Source: Octopus bimaculoides
Lineage: Eukaryota
Direction: 5' to 3'
NCBI RefSeq assembly: GCF_001194135.2
Contig: NC_068983.1
Span: 52,743,814-52,780,366, forward strand
DNA: 36,553 nt
The stretch's first letter is position 1. Each line of letters begins with the position of its first letter. Below the pieces are notes generated by a model. That model was not told the origin of the DNA. It saw only the letters and a program-made list of their open reading frames with translations, and searched no databases. A program made the position numbers and the translations under genes. Of this stretch, positions 1 to 10,775 are shown piece after piece.

Positions 1-27
1 ATATGCATGCATATAAAAAGAAACATT

Positions 28-230
28 ATTATTTCTAAATCTCTCAATGGGAGACATTCAATAACAGTACTCTAAAGTAAAGATTATTTGCCAACATAAT
101 GTGGCAGTCCTGGTTATGATTAATGTTACTGTTATGTAGCCCCAGGAAACATAGTCTCCAGTTGGCTATACGATACCCTATCTGTGTCCTTATATTTTTG
201 AACAGGGGAGTTTAGCATCTCCACTCAGCA
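28..230 (+). mobile_element. Probable PLE-derived repeat fragment; first ~37 nt are an inverted copy of 632-668
   Basis: ATTATTTCTAAATCTCTCAATGGGAGACATTCAATAA (28-64) matches the reverse complement of 632-668 with about 7 mismatches. PLE assignment is inferred from the hammerhead motif in the partner copy. Confidence 0.45.
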
Positions 231-232
231 TA

Positions 233-305
<73 letters not shown>
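231..305. repeat. (CA)n-(TA)n compound microsatellite
   Basis: Direct reading. Confidence 0.98.
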
Positions 306-461
306 GAATGGTTGTGTGGTAAGTAGCTTGCTTACTAACCACATGGTTCTGGGTTCAGTCCCACTGCATGGCACCTTGGGTTAGAGTCTTCTACTATAGC
401 CTCAGGCCGACCAAAGCCTTGTGAGCGCATTTGGTAGACGGAAACTGAAAGAAGCTCATCG

Positions 462-462
<1 letters not shown>
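306..462 (+). mobile_element. tRNA-derived SINE family A, 5' half
   Basis: A-box-like TGGTTGTGTGG, B-box-like GGTTCAGTCCC, body GACCAAAGCCTTGTGAG...TTTGGTAGACGGAAACTGAAAGAAG, ending in (TA)n; matches many other copies in the window. Confidence 0.9.
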
Positions 463-500
<38 letters not shown>

Positions 501-603
501 CGGAGTAAGCACATAAATGTGAAACAAGACGGAAAAAAAGAGTACTCAAATACCACAGGTAGAGTAATATGCTTTATTTAAAAGCAGCAGAAATATAACA
601 AAA

Positions 604-643
604 GCTGTTACTCAGAGTTTCATGTTCTCGCTCATCGAACATC
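604..643 (-). ncRNA. Degenerate minimal type-I hammerhead ribozyme motif H1
   Basis: Minus strand reads gatgt-TCGATGA-GCG(AGAA)CAT-GAAA-CTC(T)GAG-T-A-acagc: stem I gatgt/acagc (1 mismatch), altered core, 3-bp stem II with CpG-type decay, near-palindromic stem III, GUA cleavage triplet. Confidence 0.55.
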
Positions 644-668
644 TCTCATTGAGAGAATTAGAAATAAT

Positions 669-1142
669 NNNNNNNNNNNNNNNNNNNNNNNNNNNNNNNN
701 NNNNNNNNNNNNNNNNNNNNNNNNNNNNNNNNNNNNNNNNNNNNNNNNNNNNNNNNNNNNNNNNNNNNNNNNNNNNNNNNNNNNNNNNNNNNNNNNNNNN
801 NNNNNNNNNNNNNNNNNNNNNNNNNNNNNNNNNNNNNNNNNNNNNNNNNNNNNNNNNNNNNNNNNNNNNNNNNNNNNNNNNNNNNNNNNNNNNNNNNNNN
901 NNNNNNNNNNNNNNNNNNNNNNNNNNNNNNNNNNNNNNNNNNNNNNNNNNNNNNNNNNNNNNNNNNNNNNNNNNNNNNNNNNNNNNNNNNNNNNNNNNNN
1001 NNNNNNNNNNNNNNNNNNNNNNNNNNNNNNNNNNNNNNNNNNNNNNNNNNNNNNNNNNNNNNNNNNNNNNNNNNNNNNNNNNNNNNNNNNNNNNNNNNNN
1101 NNNNNNNNNNNNNNNNNNNNNNNNNNNNNNNNNNNNNNNNNN
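669..1142. other. Assembly gap
   Basis: N run. Other gaps: 2199-2221, 6377-6924, 15012-15788, 23718-23807, 25470-25962, 26957-26966, 30934-30943. Confidence 1.
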
Positions 1143-1403
1143 CAAGACATTGGACTGACTCCTGTGCAGGTGGCACGTAAAAAACAGCATTTGAGCATAG
1201 CCATTGCCAGTACTGCCGGATTGGCATTCGTGCCGGTGGCACGTAAAAAGCATCCACTGCACTTTCGGAGTGGTTGGCATTAGGAAGGGCATCCAGCTGC
1301 AGAAACTCTGCCAGATCAGGTTGGTGTTTGGTGTAGCCATCCGGTTCGCCAGTCCCCAGTCAAATCATCCAACCCATGCCAGCGTGGAAAGCGGACGTTA
1401 AAC

Positions 1404-1440
<37 letters not shown>

Positions 1441-1441
1441 C

Positions 1442-1490
<49 letters not shown>
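1143..1490 (+). mobile_element. Family D non-autonomous retroelement, 3' part with long (GAT)n tail
   Basis: GTGGCACGTAAAAA modules, GGAGTGGTTGGCATTAGGAAGGGCATCCAGCTG, ending CCAACCCATGCCAGCGTGGAAAGCGGACGTTAAACG(ATG)n. Confidence 0.9.
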
Positions 1491-1491
<1 letters not shown>

Positions 1492-2064
1492 GGCTATAAG
1501 CCTCTCTAAACACTTGAAAATAGATGCTGATACCACCTTACAAACTCTGGAGTCTTTAAGGTGGTATTACTGTCTTTTGGTATTTATTTCTAACATGTGG
1601 AGATGCTTGCAACCTTACGCATGTATGTATGTATGTATGAATGTATGTATATACGCATGCATGTGTGTGTGTGTGTGTGAGAAGATGTGTACATAAATTT
1701 GTAAATCTTTTGAATGGTTTCACCATGAACTATCGCCCCTACACGTATCTACAAAGATATTGATTATGAAAGCTTTTGCATGTGTCTGTCTATAAAATGT
1801 GTGTAATCTGTTCTACAGACACAGAAAATAATTTTCTAGACTGACTAAAATGGTGTAGCAAAATGGCACAATTAACTTCATTTTTTTTTTCTTTCTTTTT
1901 TCTGTGTGCCATTAGACATGGTAGCCTACTTTTTGCTAGAAATGATATTATCCATTCCTGTTCTTTAGGGGATTAAATTATTAGTTCTTTCAGTAACTAG
2001 TTCATATTTATAACAACACTAACAACTAAATCAGCAGCCTGCATCATTTGTTCTCTAATTTCTT

Positions 2065-2153
2065 ACTAATTTCGGCTTTTTGTTTTGCTCTCCTCTCTTT
2101 CTCTCTTTCTCACTCTCTCTTTTTCACTTCCTCTCTCTCCCTCTATCCATGAA

Positions 2154-2198
<45 letters not shown>

Positions 2199-2231
2199 NN
2201 NNNNNNNNNNNNNNNNNNNNNTGTGTATGTG

Positions 2232-2304
<73 letters not shown>

Positions 2305-2439
2305 ATGTATGCAGGTATACATGCAAGTAAATATGTGTATGCATTTATCTATGTATGTATGTATGTGTGTATGTATACAATTGGCAGTGTGACCTTATAA
2401 CATAATGAAGTATTAAGCAAAATAACAAACACCATACAA

Positions 2440-2484
<45 letters not shown>

Positions 2485-2680
2485 TGTATACATGCATATA
2501 AACACACACACATATATATATATGTGTATATACATATACATACAGAGAGAGGGAGAGAGAGAGATACATGCATGCATAAACACATACATATGTGCATACA
2601 TATATACATACACACACACACACACATATATATACAAACACACGCATACTCGCACATATATATACACACGTGAAGCAATA
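2065..2680. repeat. Compound CT/TA/TG/TATG/GA microsatellite cluster
   Basis: Direct reading. Confidence 0.95.
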
Positions 2681-3085
2681 AACATCTGATAGATAAAAAG
2701 TCATTCTCATTCTTTACAAGCATATAATTACAAGCAACCTTTTAAATCACAATGTGTAAATATAGTAAATACACTTTTGATAGCAAGTTATTAACATGTA
2801 TTTGGTAGGCATTCCAGAGCTAATTAAATGTATTATTTATTGGGTGTATCAATTTAAGCATATTTACCTAATTGCAAAATTAACTAATATTTATGTTTTG
2901 TTTTTTTTTCGCTTTGGTCGAAATCAAACAAGCAAAGAATAATGAATAAACAGGAATTGAATAGAATAAGATGTAAAGTATTCTACATAGATTATGACTA
3001 TCAAGTTAGATCTTCATGATAATGGATGAGATAACGCTAATTGAGCTGTGGTTAATTTAAAAGCAGGTATATTTAAAATATATAT

Positions 3086-3245
3086 GGGCACAGACATGGC
3101 TGTGTGGTAAGAAGTTTGCTTCACAACCAGATGGTTAGAGGTTCAGTCCTGCTATGTGGCACCTTGTGTGTTTTCTATTATACACTCAGACTGTCCAAAG
3201 ACTTGTGAGGGGATTTGATAAATGGAAACTGAAAGAAGCCTGTCA
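3086..3245 (+). mobile_element. SINE family A, 5' half (diverged)
   Basis: GGCACAGACATGGCTGTGTGGTAAG...GGAAACTGAAAGAAGCC. Confidence 0.85.
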
Positions 3246-3255
3246 TATATATCCT

Positions 3256-3670
3256 TTTCTACTCTATGCGCAAGACCCAAAATTTTGGGGCAGGAGTCCA
3301 TTCGATTAGATCAACCCCAGTATTTAACTGGTACTTAATTTATCGACCCCAAAAGGATGACAAGCAAAGTCAACCTTGGCGGAATTTGAACTCATAACTT
3401 AAAGACAGACGAAGCATTTTGTCAGGCATGCTAACGTTTCTTATTTCTTTATTGCCCAAAAGGGGCTAAACATAGAGGGGATAAACAAGGACAGACAAAG
3501 GGATTAAGTCGATTACATCGACCCCAGTTCATAACTGGTACGTAATTTATCAACTCCGAAAGGATGCAATCTAAAGTCAACCTCGGCGGAATTTGAACTC
3601 AGAATGTAAAGACAGATGAGATACCGCTAAGCATTTCACCCGGCATGCTAACGTTTCTGCCAGCTCACCG
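3256..3670 (-). mobile_element. tRNA-derived SINE family B, head-to-tail dimer
   Basis: Two units of GAGTTC(T/A)AATTCCGCC(G/A)AGGT(T)GACTT...CATCCTTT(C/T)GG; tail 1 ends GGGCAATAAAGAAATAAGAA, tail 2 ends AGAGTAGAAAA. Confidence 0.9.
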
Positions 3671-3678
3671 CCTGTCTT

Positions 3679-3895
3679 ATCATCATCATTTAACATCTGC
3701 TTTCCATGCTGGCATGGGTTAGATGGTCTGACTGGAATGGTAAGCTGGAGAACTGCACCAGGTTCCAGTCTGATTTGGCATAGCTTCTACTGCTGGATGC
3801 CATTCCAAATGCCAACCATGCCAAGAGTGTAGTGGGTGCTTTTTACACACTACAGGCACAGGTATCATTTACGTCCAACCAGCAATGGCCACGAC
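3679..3895 (-). mobile_element. Family D element, 3' part
   Basis: Reverse complement of the D tail (CATCATTTAACATCTGCTTTCCATGCTGGCATGGGTT...). Confidence 0.85.
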
Positions 3896-4052
3896 TACAA
3901 TTTTAGCTTAATAGCATATTTTCAGACCCCAAAACCTGTTGGCCTATGACTTCTTCAAAATATTTTGAAGAGTTTATAGGCTCTCCATCTTAGAGTGTGC
4001 TTCTTCTCTGGGTTTATGTTTTCTACAAACGATATATATCTATATGTATATA

Positions 4053-4216
4053 TGATGAGCTTGTGTGCAGTTTCTATGAGCCAAATTTACCCACAAGGCA
4101 TTGGTCAACCCAAGGCTACAGTGAATGACACTTGCCCAAAGTGCCACATGGTATAACTGTACCCAAAAACCACATGGTTGCATTGTGAGCTTCTTAAGCA
4201 CATAGCCATGCTTGTG
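4053..4216 (-). mobile_element. SINE family A-like, old copy
   Basis: CCCACAAGGCATTGGTCAACCCAAGGCTACAGT...GACACTTGCCCAAAGTGCCAC. Confidence 0.75.
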
Positions 4217-4261
4217 ATGACACACACAGACAGGCACAGACACAAACGCACACTCACATAC

Positions 4262-4350
<89 letters not shown>

Positions 4351-4355
<5 letters not shown>

Positions 4356-4903
4356 CCCATGCCAATGTCTCCTTTAATGGACACTAAACTCGGCTTATGA
4401 AGACCTGTTGGGGTAAGTGAAAGTGAAATCGTGATGACACCTCTACCAGTGGAGCACTAAGAACACCATCCAAGCGTGATCTTTGCTAGAGCAGCTGTCT
4501 GGCTTCCATGCCAGTGGCACGTAAATAGAACTATTTGAACATGATCATTACCAGCGTCGCCTTACTGGCACTTGTGCCGGTGGCATGTGAAAAGACATTC
4601 GAGCGAAGTCGTTGTCAGTGTTGCTGGACTGGCTCCTGTGCAGGTGGCACGTAAAATACACCATTTCGAGTGTGGCTGTTGCCAGTACCACCTGACTGGC
4701 TTTCATGCTGGTGGCACGTAATAGCACCCACTACACTCTCAGAGTGGTTGGCATTAGGAAGGGCATCCAGCTGTAGAAACTCTGCCAAATCAGATTGGAG
4801 CCTGGTGTAGCCATTCAGTTTGCCAGTCCTCAGTCAAATCGTCCAACCCATGCTAGCATGGAAAGCAGACGTTAAACGATGATGATGATGATGATGATGA
4901 TGA
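4351..4903 (+). mobile_element. Family D element, near full length, four ~65-nt internal modules
   Basis: GTGGCA(C/T)GT(A/G)A at 4514, 4580, 4644, 4711; 3' end CCAACCCATGCTAGCATGGAAAGCAGACGTTAAACG(ATG)n. Confidence 0.92.
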
Positions 4904-5230
4904 CATATATATATATATATATATAATTAAGCAAAACAAAAAAATTGATCAATGAAGTTTATCAGATTTTGTTAATAAAGAAATTGTCTTTAATTGGAGA
5001 GTAAGTAATGCATTCAATCACAAAAACAAAAAAAAAGATAAATAAATAAAAGTATCTCTGCTAATTTTATTTCTAAATGTCACATGAAATAGAAGAATCA
5101 AAGGAACAAAGAATAGGAAAAAATGCAAAAGAATGAATAAACTCAACATTAGAAAAACCTGAGTTAACTACATTGTATTTAAATGTAATATGAACCAAAT
5201 TTCACGTGGATGTAAATAGATATTCGTTTT

Positions 5231-5649
5231 TACTCTTGGTACAAGGCCCAAAATTTTGAGGGAGGGGCCAGTCGATTAGATCAACCCCAGTATGCAACTG
5301 GTACTTAATTTATTGACCCCGAATGGATGAAAGGCAAAGTCGACATCGGTGGAGCTTGAACTCGGAATGTAAAGACAGATGAAGTAACGCCAAGCATTTT
5401 GCCCGGCATGCTAATGTTTCTAATTTCTTTATTGCCCACAAGGGGATAAACATATAGGGGACAAACAAGGACAGACAAAGGGATTAAGTTGATTACGCCG
5501 ATCCCAGAGCATAACTGGTACTTAATTTATCGACCCCGAAAGGATCAAAGGCAAAAACCTTGGCGGAATTTGAACTCAGAACGTCACATCAGACGAAATA
5601 CCGCTCAGCGTTTTGCCCGGAATGTTAATGATTCTGCCAGCTTCTGCCT
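5231..5649 (-). mobile_element. SINE family B dimer, followed by a tail-2 fragment at 5664-5745
   Basis: Same tail1-tail2 dimer layout as 3256-3670. Confidence 0.9.
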
Positions 5650-5759
5650 TCGTATGAACAATTATTCTTTTCTACTCTAGGCACAAGGCCTGAAATTTTG
5701 GGGAAGTGGGGCAAGTCCATTAGATTGACGCCAGTACACAACAGGTATAGCAGAAAGGA

Positions 5760-5779
5760 ATATTATTATTGTTATTATT

Positions 5780-5817
<38 letters not shown>

Positions 5818-5840
5818 TATTATTATTATTATTATTGTTA
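5760..5840. repeat. (TAT)n-(CAT)n-(TAT)n trinucleotide tract
   Basis: Direct reading. Confidence 0.95.
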
Positions 5841-6924
5841 TTGGAAGATTAGTGAAATTCTTGTGATAACTATAATGATATCCATGTATAAAAAAAAAAC
5901 ACATTTTCACACAATTTTTCTTCATTCAAGCATTTGAATTTCCCCATCTTGCCCTTCTTTCTCTCTTTCAACCCCAACTTTCTTTCTCTCCTCTCTCTCT
6001 CTCTTTCTTTCTCTCTCCATTTCCTTATTTCTGTCTCTCCCTCCCACTTTCCCTCTTTCCTTCATCTTTTTCTATTTCTTCTCTCACATTTCAAATGCTA
6101 TACATTTGATAGTCAATAGAATTCAAAATGACTTGACAGAGTGTGTTCTTACAAATGCTTGAAAAGACAAAAAAAATAAAAGAAAGAAACAGATAAATAT
6201 AATGCTAAAAATAATCGGTAAAATTCCATTATGTAAGCCATCATTCTTATTTATTCTAACAACATCCAGACAGCTCGCAACTATATTCCTCTATATTGCC
6301 TTATAGTTGTTTCTCACAAGTTGCACCTGACTGTTATCAAGAGATAATAAGAATATATATATATATATATATATATNNNNNNNNNNNNNNNNNNNNNNNN
6401 NNNNNNNNNNNNNNNNNNNNNNNNNNNNNNNNNNNNNNNNNNNNNNNNNNNNNNNNNNNNNNNNNNNNNNNNNNNNNNNNNNNNNNNNNNNNNNNNNNNN
6501 NNNNNNNNNNNNNNNNNNNNNNNNNNNNNNNNNNNNNNNNNNNNNNNNNNNNNNNNNNNNNNNNNNNNNNNNNNNNNNNNNNNNNNNNNNNNNNNNNNNN
6601 NNNNNNNNNNNNNNNNNNNNNNNNNNNNNNNNNNNNNNNNNNNNNNNNNNNNNNNNNNNNNNNNNNNNNNNNNNNNNNNNNNNNNNNNNNNNNNNNNNNN
6701 NNNNNNNNNNNNNNNNNNNNNNNNNNNNNNNNNNNNNNNNNNNNNNNNNNNNNNNNNNNNNNNNNNNNNNNNNNNNNNNNNNNNNNNNNNNNNNNNNNNN
6801 NNNNNNNNNNNNNNNNNNNNNNNNNNNNNNNNNNNNNNNNNNNNNNNNNNNNNNNNNNNNNNNNNNNNNNNNNNNNNNNNNNNNNNNNNNNNNNNNNNNN
6901 NNNNNNNNNNNNNNNNNNNNNNNN

Positions 6925-6962
<38 letters not shown>

Positions 6963-7034
6963 AATCTTGTATATGTATGTATGTATTTACAGATATATAT
7001 GTATATATTTATCATATATCTATATATGTGTATG

Positions 7035-7080
7035 GAAGCATGTGGTTGGTAAGCAAGCTACTTACCACACACCCACTCCT
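7035..7080 (-). mobile_element. SINE family A head fragment
   Basis: CATGTGGTTGGTAAGCAAGCTACTTACCACAC. Confidence 0.8.
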
Positions 7081-7155
7081 CCAGACATACATGCATATAT
7101 ATGTATGTGTGTGTGTGTGTGTGCATGTGTGTGTGAGTGTGTGTGTGTGTGTCTA

Positions 7156-7194
<39 letters not shown>

Positions 7195-7465
7195 ATCAGA
7201 CCATTTGAATAATACTTTGGGAGCAATCACAAGAATTCTCGTTGGTTAGCGATAACGAATAATAAATAAACAGATAAATTAACAAACAATCAAATAATGA
7301 AATAAAGAAAAACAACAACTAACTAACTAAATAGATAAATAACAGTTGATATAAGAACATAATTACTGCGATATGAAAGAAACAGGAAAAATGGCAAGAT
7401 GGACGTCTTTTGGAGCAAAAAAACGAGAGCAATTAATTATAGACATATTCCTAATTGTTCCCACT

Positions 7466-7629
7466 GCAAATATGGGTGTGTGGTTAGGAAACTTACTTTG
7501 GAACCATGTGGCTTTAAGTCCAGTGCCACTCTGTGGGTTGTTAGCCAAGTGTTTTCTACTTTCGCCCTAGGCTGATCAATGGTTTTGGGAGTAAATTTGA
7601 GAGGTGGAAATTGTATGGAATCTTATCAT
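7466..7629 (+). mobile_element. SINE family A-like, old copy
   Basis: Diverged head and body, colinear with family A. Confidence 0.65.
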
Positions 7630-7885
7630 GTGCCTGTGCACACATTTCCGTGCAATGTAGGCCAATCTAACAGAGGTTTGCAAATCTAAATGAGGCCTCA
7701 AAAGACTTTTTAAGATCCACAAAGATCAGAACTTAACTGCAGCTCTTGTGGGGTCCAAATTGGATATGCAATTTATGTGGGTGTCTTTTCAAAACATTGT
7801 CTGGTTTAAGAAGCCACATCAGATGCCATGATGGTTCTAAGGTGTAGGTACAGGAGGTGGTCAAACTCCACATAAGGAGTAGACA
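7630..7885 (+). mobile_element. RTE-type LINE 3' end with C2H2 zinc fingers (decayed)
   Basis: 7767-7829 translates CNLCGCLFKTLSGLRSHIRCH; upstream CKSK*GLKRLFKIHKDQ aligns with the copy at 19185-19520. Confidence 0.75.
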
Positions 7886-8410
7886 ACCAGCATATATAAT
7901 TAGAGACTGTCAGTCACGAATGACCATGGGTGCACCTAAGAGGTTTCCCTCCAGGGTACAAGTCTGGACAGAAAGTCACCTTACCAGCAAACATATTTTC
8001 CTCTGACCACATGTTCAGCAAAGTATACTCGTTATTTGCAAAATGCTTTACTTAAGTTGTATTAACTGCAGTAATTTCTATAAACTCTCCATGTGATTAC
8101 TGTATATATTTTGACTGAGACATTACAGCTCATTGCTTTCACTCACAACAATAAAAAAACAATGCATTAATGTTAAATGATGTCTCATTTCCTTATTGCA
8201 TTCTTCACACAAAAGTTAGAGGTAACATCTTTTTAGACTCAACCACTAAAAGAGTTATACATCCAATAATTTTATGTTTTTCTCTCAACTCTCCCATTCA
8301 ATATACCTTTCTTCTCCTTGACAATATTATCATCTTCATCAGCATTGTTACTGTGAATGTCGCAGGATTACAACTTCTCTTTTTTGTGATGACAGAATGC
8401 TCATAGAACA

Positions 8411-8689
8411 TACAGTTCTATATTTAGAACTGTATATGCCCACGAGCATATGGCGTAGTGGTTAAGAGCATGGGCTACTAACCCCAAGATTCCGAGTTCG
8501 ATTCTAAGCAGTGACCTGAACACGAATAATAATAATAATAATAACATCAAAAAATACCTTAGGAATGAGAACCCAGGTTCAAAATTTCCCCAAACACCTG
8601 AAAAAGGCTGGAGGGTATGTCAGCCAAAACATTGTGTTAACAACAAACAAGATGAGGACAAATATCCGTCAAATGTAAATAATGTAAAT
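8411..8689 (+). mobile_element. SINE family F: tRNA head, (AAT)n, hammerhead-containing 3' region
   Basis: 15-bp TSD AATGCTCATAGAACA at 8396-8410 and 8690-8704; A box TGGCGTAGTGG 8451-8461; B box GAGTTCGATTC 8494-8504. Confidence 0.9.
8594..8637 (+). ncRNA. Degenerate type-I hammerhead motif H2 inside SINE F
   Basis: acac-CTGAAAA-A-GGCTG(GAGGGTATGT)CAGCC-AAAA-CAT-T-gtgt: perfect stems I and II; core differs from CTGATGA/GAAA; stem III ACAT instead of palindromic ACGT. Confidence 0.6.
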
Positions 8690-8723
8690 AATGCTCATAG
8701 AACACTTGGCTGGTTAGGTCAAA

Positions 8724-8771
8724 GGATTCTGAACACCAGTGTTTCGACATGTTGCATCTCATCAACCAGAA
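8724..8771 (-). ncRNA. Degenerate type-I hammerhead motif H3
   Basis: Minus strand: ttctgg-TTGATGA-GAT(GCAACAT)GTC-GAAA-CAC(TG)GTGT-T-cagaatcc. Confidence 0.6.
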
Positions 8772-8980
8772 GCTTCTTTAACCTACACAACACAGAGACT
8801 AGCATATTTTGTATTTGGATCTGTTGGAAAATATCAAAAATAAATATGCAAATTGTTCTTTCACATTGTAAAACAACAAAGTTTTGTCCGTTGGCACATA
8901 TAAGTACTGATTAGCAAACAGTTGTGTTCACTGAAATTATTAACAAAGCCTGAAGCTTTTTTAAGCTCAAGGGCTCAGCT

Positions 8981-9031
8981 GATATTGTCTGATGAGACAC
9001 AACATGAGGAAACACTGATGTTCCAGAATCC
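8981..9031 (+). ncRNA. Degenerate type-I hammerhead motif H4 (paralogue of H3)
   Basis: gatattgt-CTGATGA-gacacaacatgag-GAAA-CAC(TG)ATGT-T-ccagaatcc: intact core, broken stem II. Confidence 0.55.
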
Positions 9032-9169
9032 CATGCACCAGTGGGCTGAGTGTGTGATAAACACACTGTCATTGTAGAAAGGAGACTTCCTCTTGTGACA
9101 GATATAATAGTGACTAGCATATTTGCATTTGAATCTACTGAAATATATTAAGAACGAATAGGAAAATCG

Positions 9170-9209
<40 letters not shown>

Positions 9210-9214
<5 letters not shown>

Positions 9215-9420
9215 CAAAAAATTAAGGACAAACACAAGAACAAAATCAACAATGTGAGGATATGGTACATGCAAAGGATTAGCAGATGCTCGGGGAAGGA
9301 AAGAAAGGTAGTTTTAAGTTTCAAGGAAAGCTCTTTGTCAGAAACAGGAGACGGAGGAAAGTCCAAGAGAAAAAGAAGACAGAGGGAAAAAATTGCCAAT
9401 GATCCACATGTGGTTACATT
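9210..9420 (-). mobile_element. Short hammerhead-bearing repeat, same family as 30745-30933
   Basis: Minus strand CTCTTGGACTTTCCTCCGTCTCCTGTTTCTGACAAAGAGC...CCTTTCTTTCCTTCCCCGAGC aligns with 30780-30860. Confidence 0.8.
9311..9345 (-). ncRNA. Degenerate type-I hammerhead motif H5
   Basis: Minus strand: gttt-CTGACAA-A-GAGC(TTT)CCTT-GAAA-CTT-A-aaac. Confidence 0.55.
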
Positions 9421-9479
9421 TTGAAAAAATATATATACACATATACACACGTATATTGTCATCATCATTATTATTATTT

Positions 9480-10260
9480 CATGTTTGGACAAGATTCTCT
9501 TGCACACCATCACACCATTCTTTGCACTCTTTTGTCATCTCCTCTTTGATGTTTAGCTACCTAAGATCCGTGGAGGCACAATAGCCCAGTGGTTAAGGCA
9601 GCGGACTCATAGTCGTAGGATAGCGGTTTCAATTCCCAGACCAGGAGTTGTGAGAGTTTATTGAGTGAAAACACCAAAAGTTCCATGAGGCTCCGGCAGG
9701 GGTTGGTGGTAAACCCTGCTGTACTCTTTCACCACAACTTTCTCTCACTCTTTCTTCCTGTTTCTGTTGTACCTGTAATTCAAAAGGCCAATCTTGTCAC
9801 ACTCTGTGTCACGCTGAATCTCCCCGAGAACTACACATTTCTGTGGAGTGTTCAGACACTTGCACGTTAATTTCATGGCCAGGCTGTTCCGTTGATCAGA
9901 TCATCTGGGACCCTTGTCGTTGTAACCAAAAGAGTGCCACCTAAGATTCCCATTTCTATCCTTCCTTTGATATTCTTCCTCTTCCACAGACTTCTTCCGG
10001 TTAGATCATTTGGCTTTTCTATAACAATTGCCATCTTTTATATGCATCAATAATCCATACCAGTGCAGTTTTGTCCTTGCAGCCTACATTTACAGAACCT
10101 TGTATCCAATCTATTTCTAAGCTCACTGGTGCTCTGGGAACCATGTACAATACCATTTTGCATACATCAGAGCTTGATCGTGTCATTTCTTCCCAGTTGT
10201 CACTCATTTTCTACATTCAGTGCCTATATTTCTCTACTATGCAACAACTTCCTCTGTACA
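9480..10260 (-). mobile_element. Old RTE-type LINE ORF2 3' remnant, split by SINE E
   Basis: Minus frames give RTKLHWYGLLMHIKDG, EVCGRGRISK and, beyond the SINE, NLR*LNIKEEMTKECKEW; these resemble the RTE motifs LRWYGHV, GRGRP and EEMT..R..W. Confidence 0.6.
9570..9938 (+). mobile_element. tRNA-derived SINE family E, full length
   Basis: Head GTGGAGGCACAATAGCCCAGTGGTTAAGG...GGTTTCAATTCCC; TSD ACCTAAGAT at 9559-9567 and 9939-9947; colinear with 16381-16770. Confidence 0.92.
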
Positions 10261-10289
10261 CACTCACTATGTAATACTCCCTTCACTCA

Positions 10290-10420
10290 GATAAAGAGAG
10301 AAAGAGAGGAAGAGAGAGTGACAGACAGACAGGTAGACAGACAGAGACAGAAAGACAGAGAGAGAGAGAAAGAGACAGACAGACAGAAACAGAGACAGAG
10401 TCAGAGAGAGAGAAAAATCT
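10290..10420. repeat. GA/GACA microsatellite
   Basis: Direct reading. Confidence 0.9.
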
Positions 10421-10775
10421 TGTCAGAAGAGTTAATAGTTTCCTGAACATTTTTCCACAAACAATCTTACCCTGGCTATTCTAAATTCAAAACACCTGCT
10501 TTCACTTTTAATTAGGTCACCTAGATATCAGATATCAAATAGATATTGAATATCAAATATTTCTCTGGAGACTTCCTTGCATTTAGCATAAAACTATTCT
10601 ATGAGAAACATTCTTACTGCTAATTCCTCCTGCATGTCTTCTGCATAGAAAGATTTTTCTGTTAAACTATTTGTGACACCTCTGTATCTCTTGTATCATC
10701 CTTAATTTACATTTGCTACACAGTACATATTGAGCATAGTCACCTCCAATATAGCAACAGCAATATAGCATTTTA

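Larger units (their letters stand above)
8360..9150. mobile_element. Decayed hammerhead-bearing (PLE-like) repeat with inverted and direct duplicated segments, interrupted by SINE F
   Basis: 8981-9100(+) is homologous to 8771->8360(-) once the SINE is removed; GACTAGCATATTT...ATTTG(G/A)ATCT recurs at 8797 and 9112. Confidence 0.6.

Noticed and set aside
612-1340. Long ORFs spanning N runs (also 6296-7192, 14871-15927, 25401-26015)
   Set aside because: Open only because gaps translate as X.
2066-2723. ORFs rich in [12 protein letters not shown] or ERER (here and at 4040-4387, 14116-14402, 18330-18992, 23367-23848, 32769-33039 and elsewhere)
   Set aside because: Translations of dinucleotide microsatellites.
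4500-4740. Regularly spaced hairpin repeats resembling a CRISPR array
   Set aside because: The spacers are homologous to each other, the array sits within a dispersed retroelement, and the context is eukaryotic with no cas genes.
8305-8345. Minus-strand CTGATGAAGATG...GTC as a hammerhead
   Set aside because: GAAAC is absent and no stem I closes.
8443-8515. tRNA gene calls for A/B-box heads (also 9570, 16770, 22571)
   Set aside because: No complete acceptor stem; they run into repeat bodies, several with TSDs, so they are SINE heads.
8150-9150. piggyBac transposase or host exons in this unique-looking block
   Set aside because: Stops in all frames and no convincing motif; better explained by the hammerhead repeat structure.
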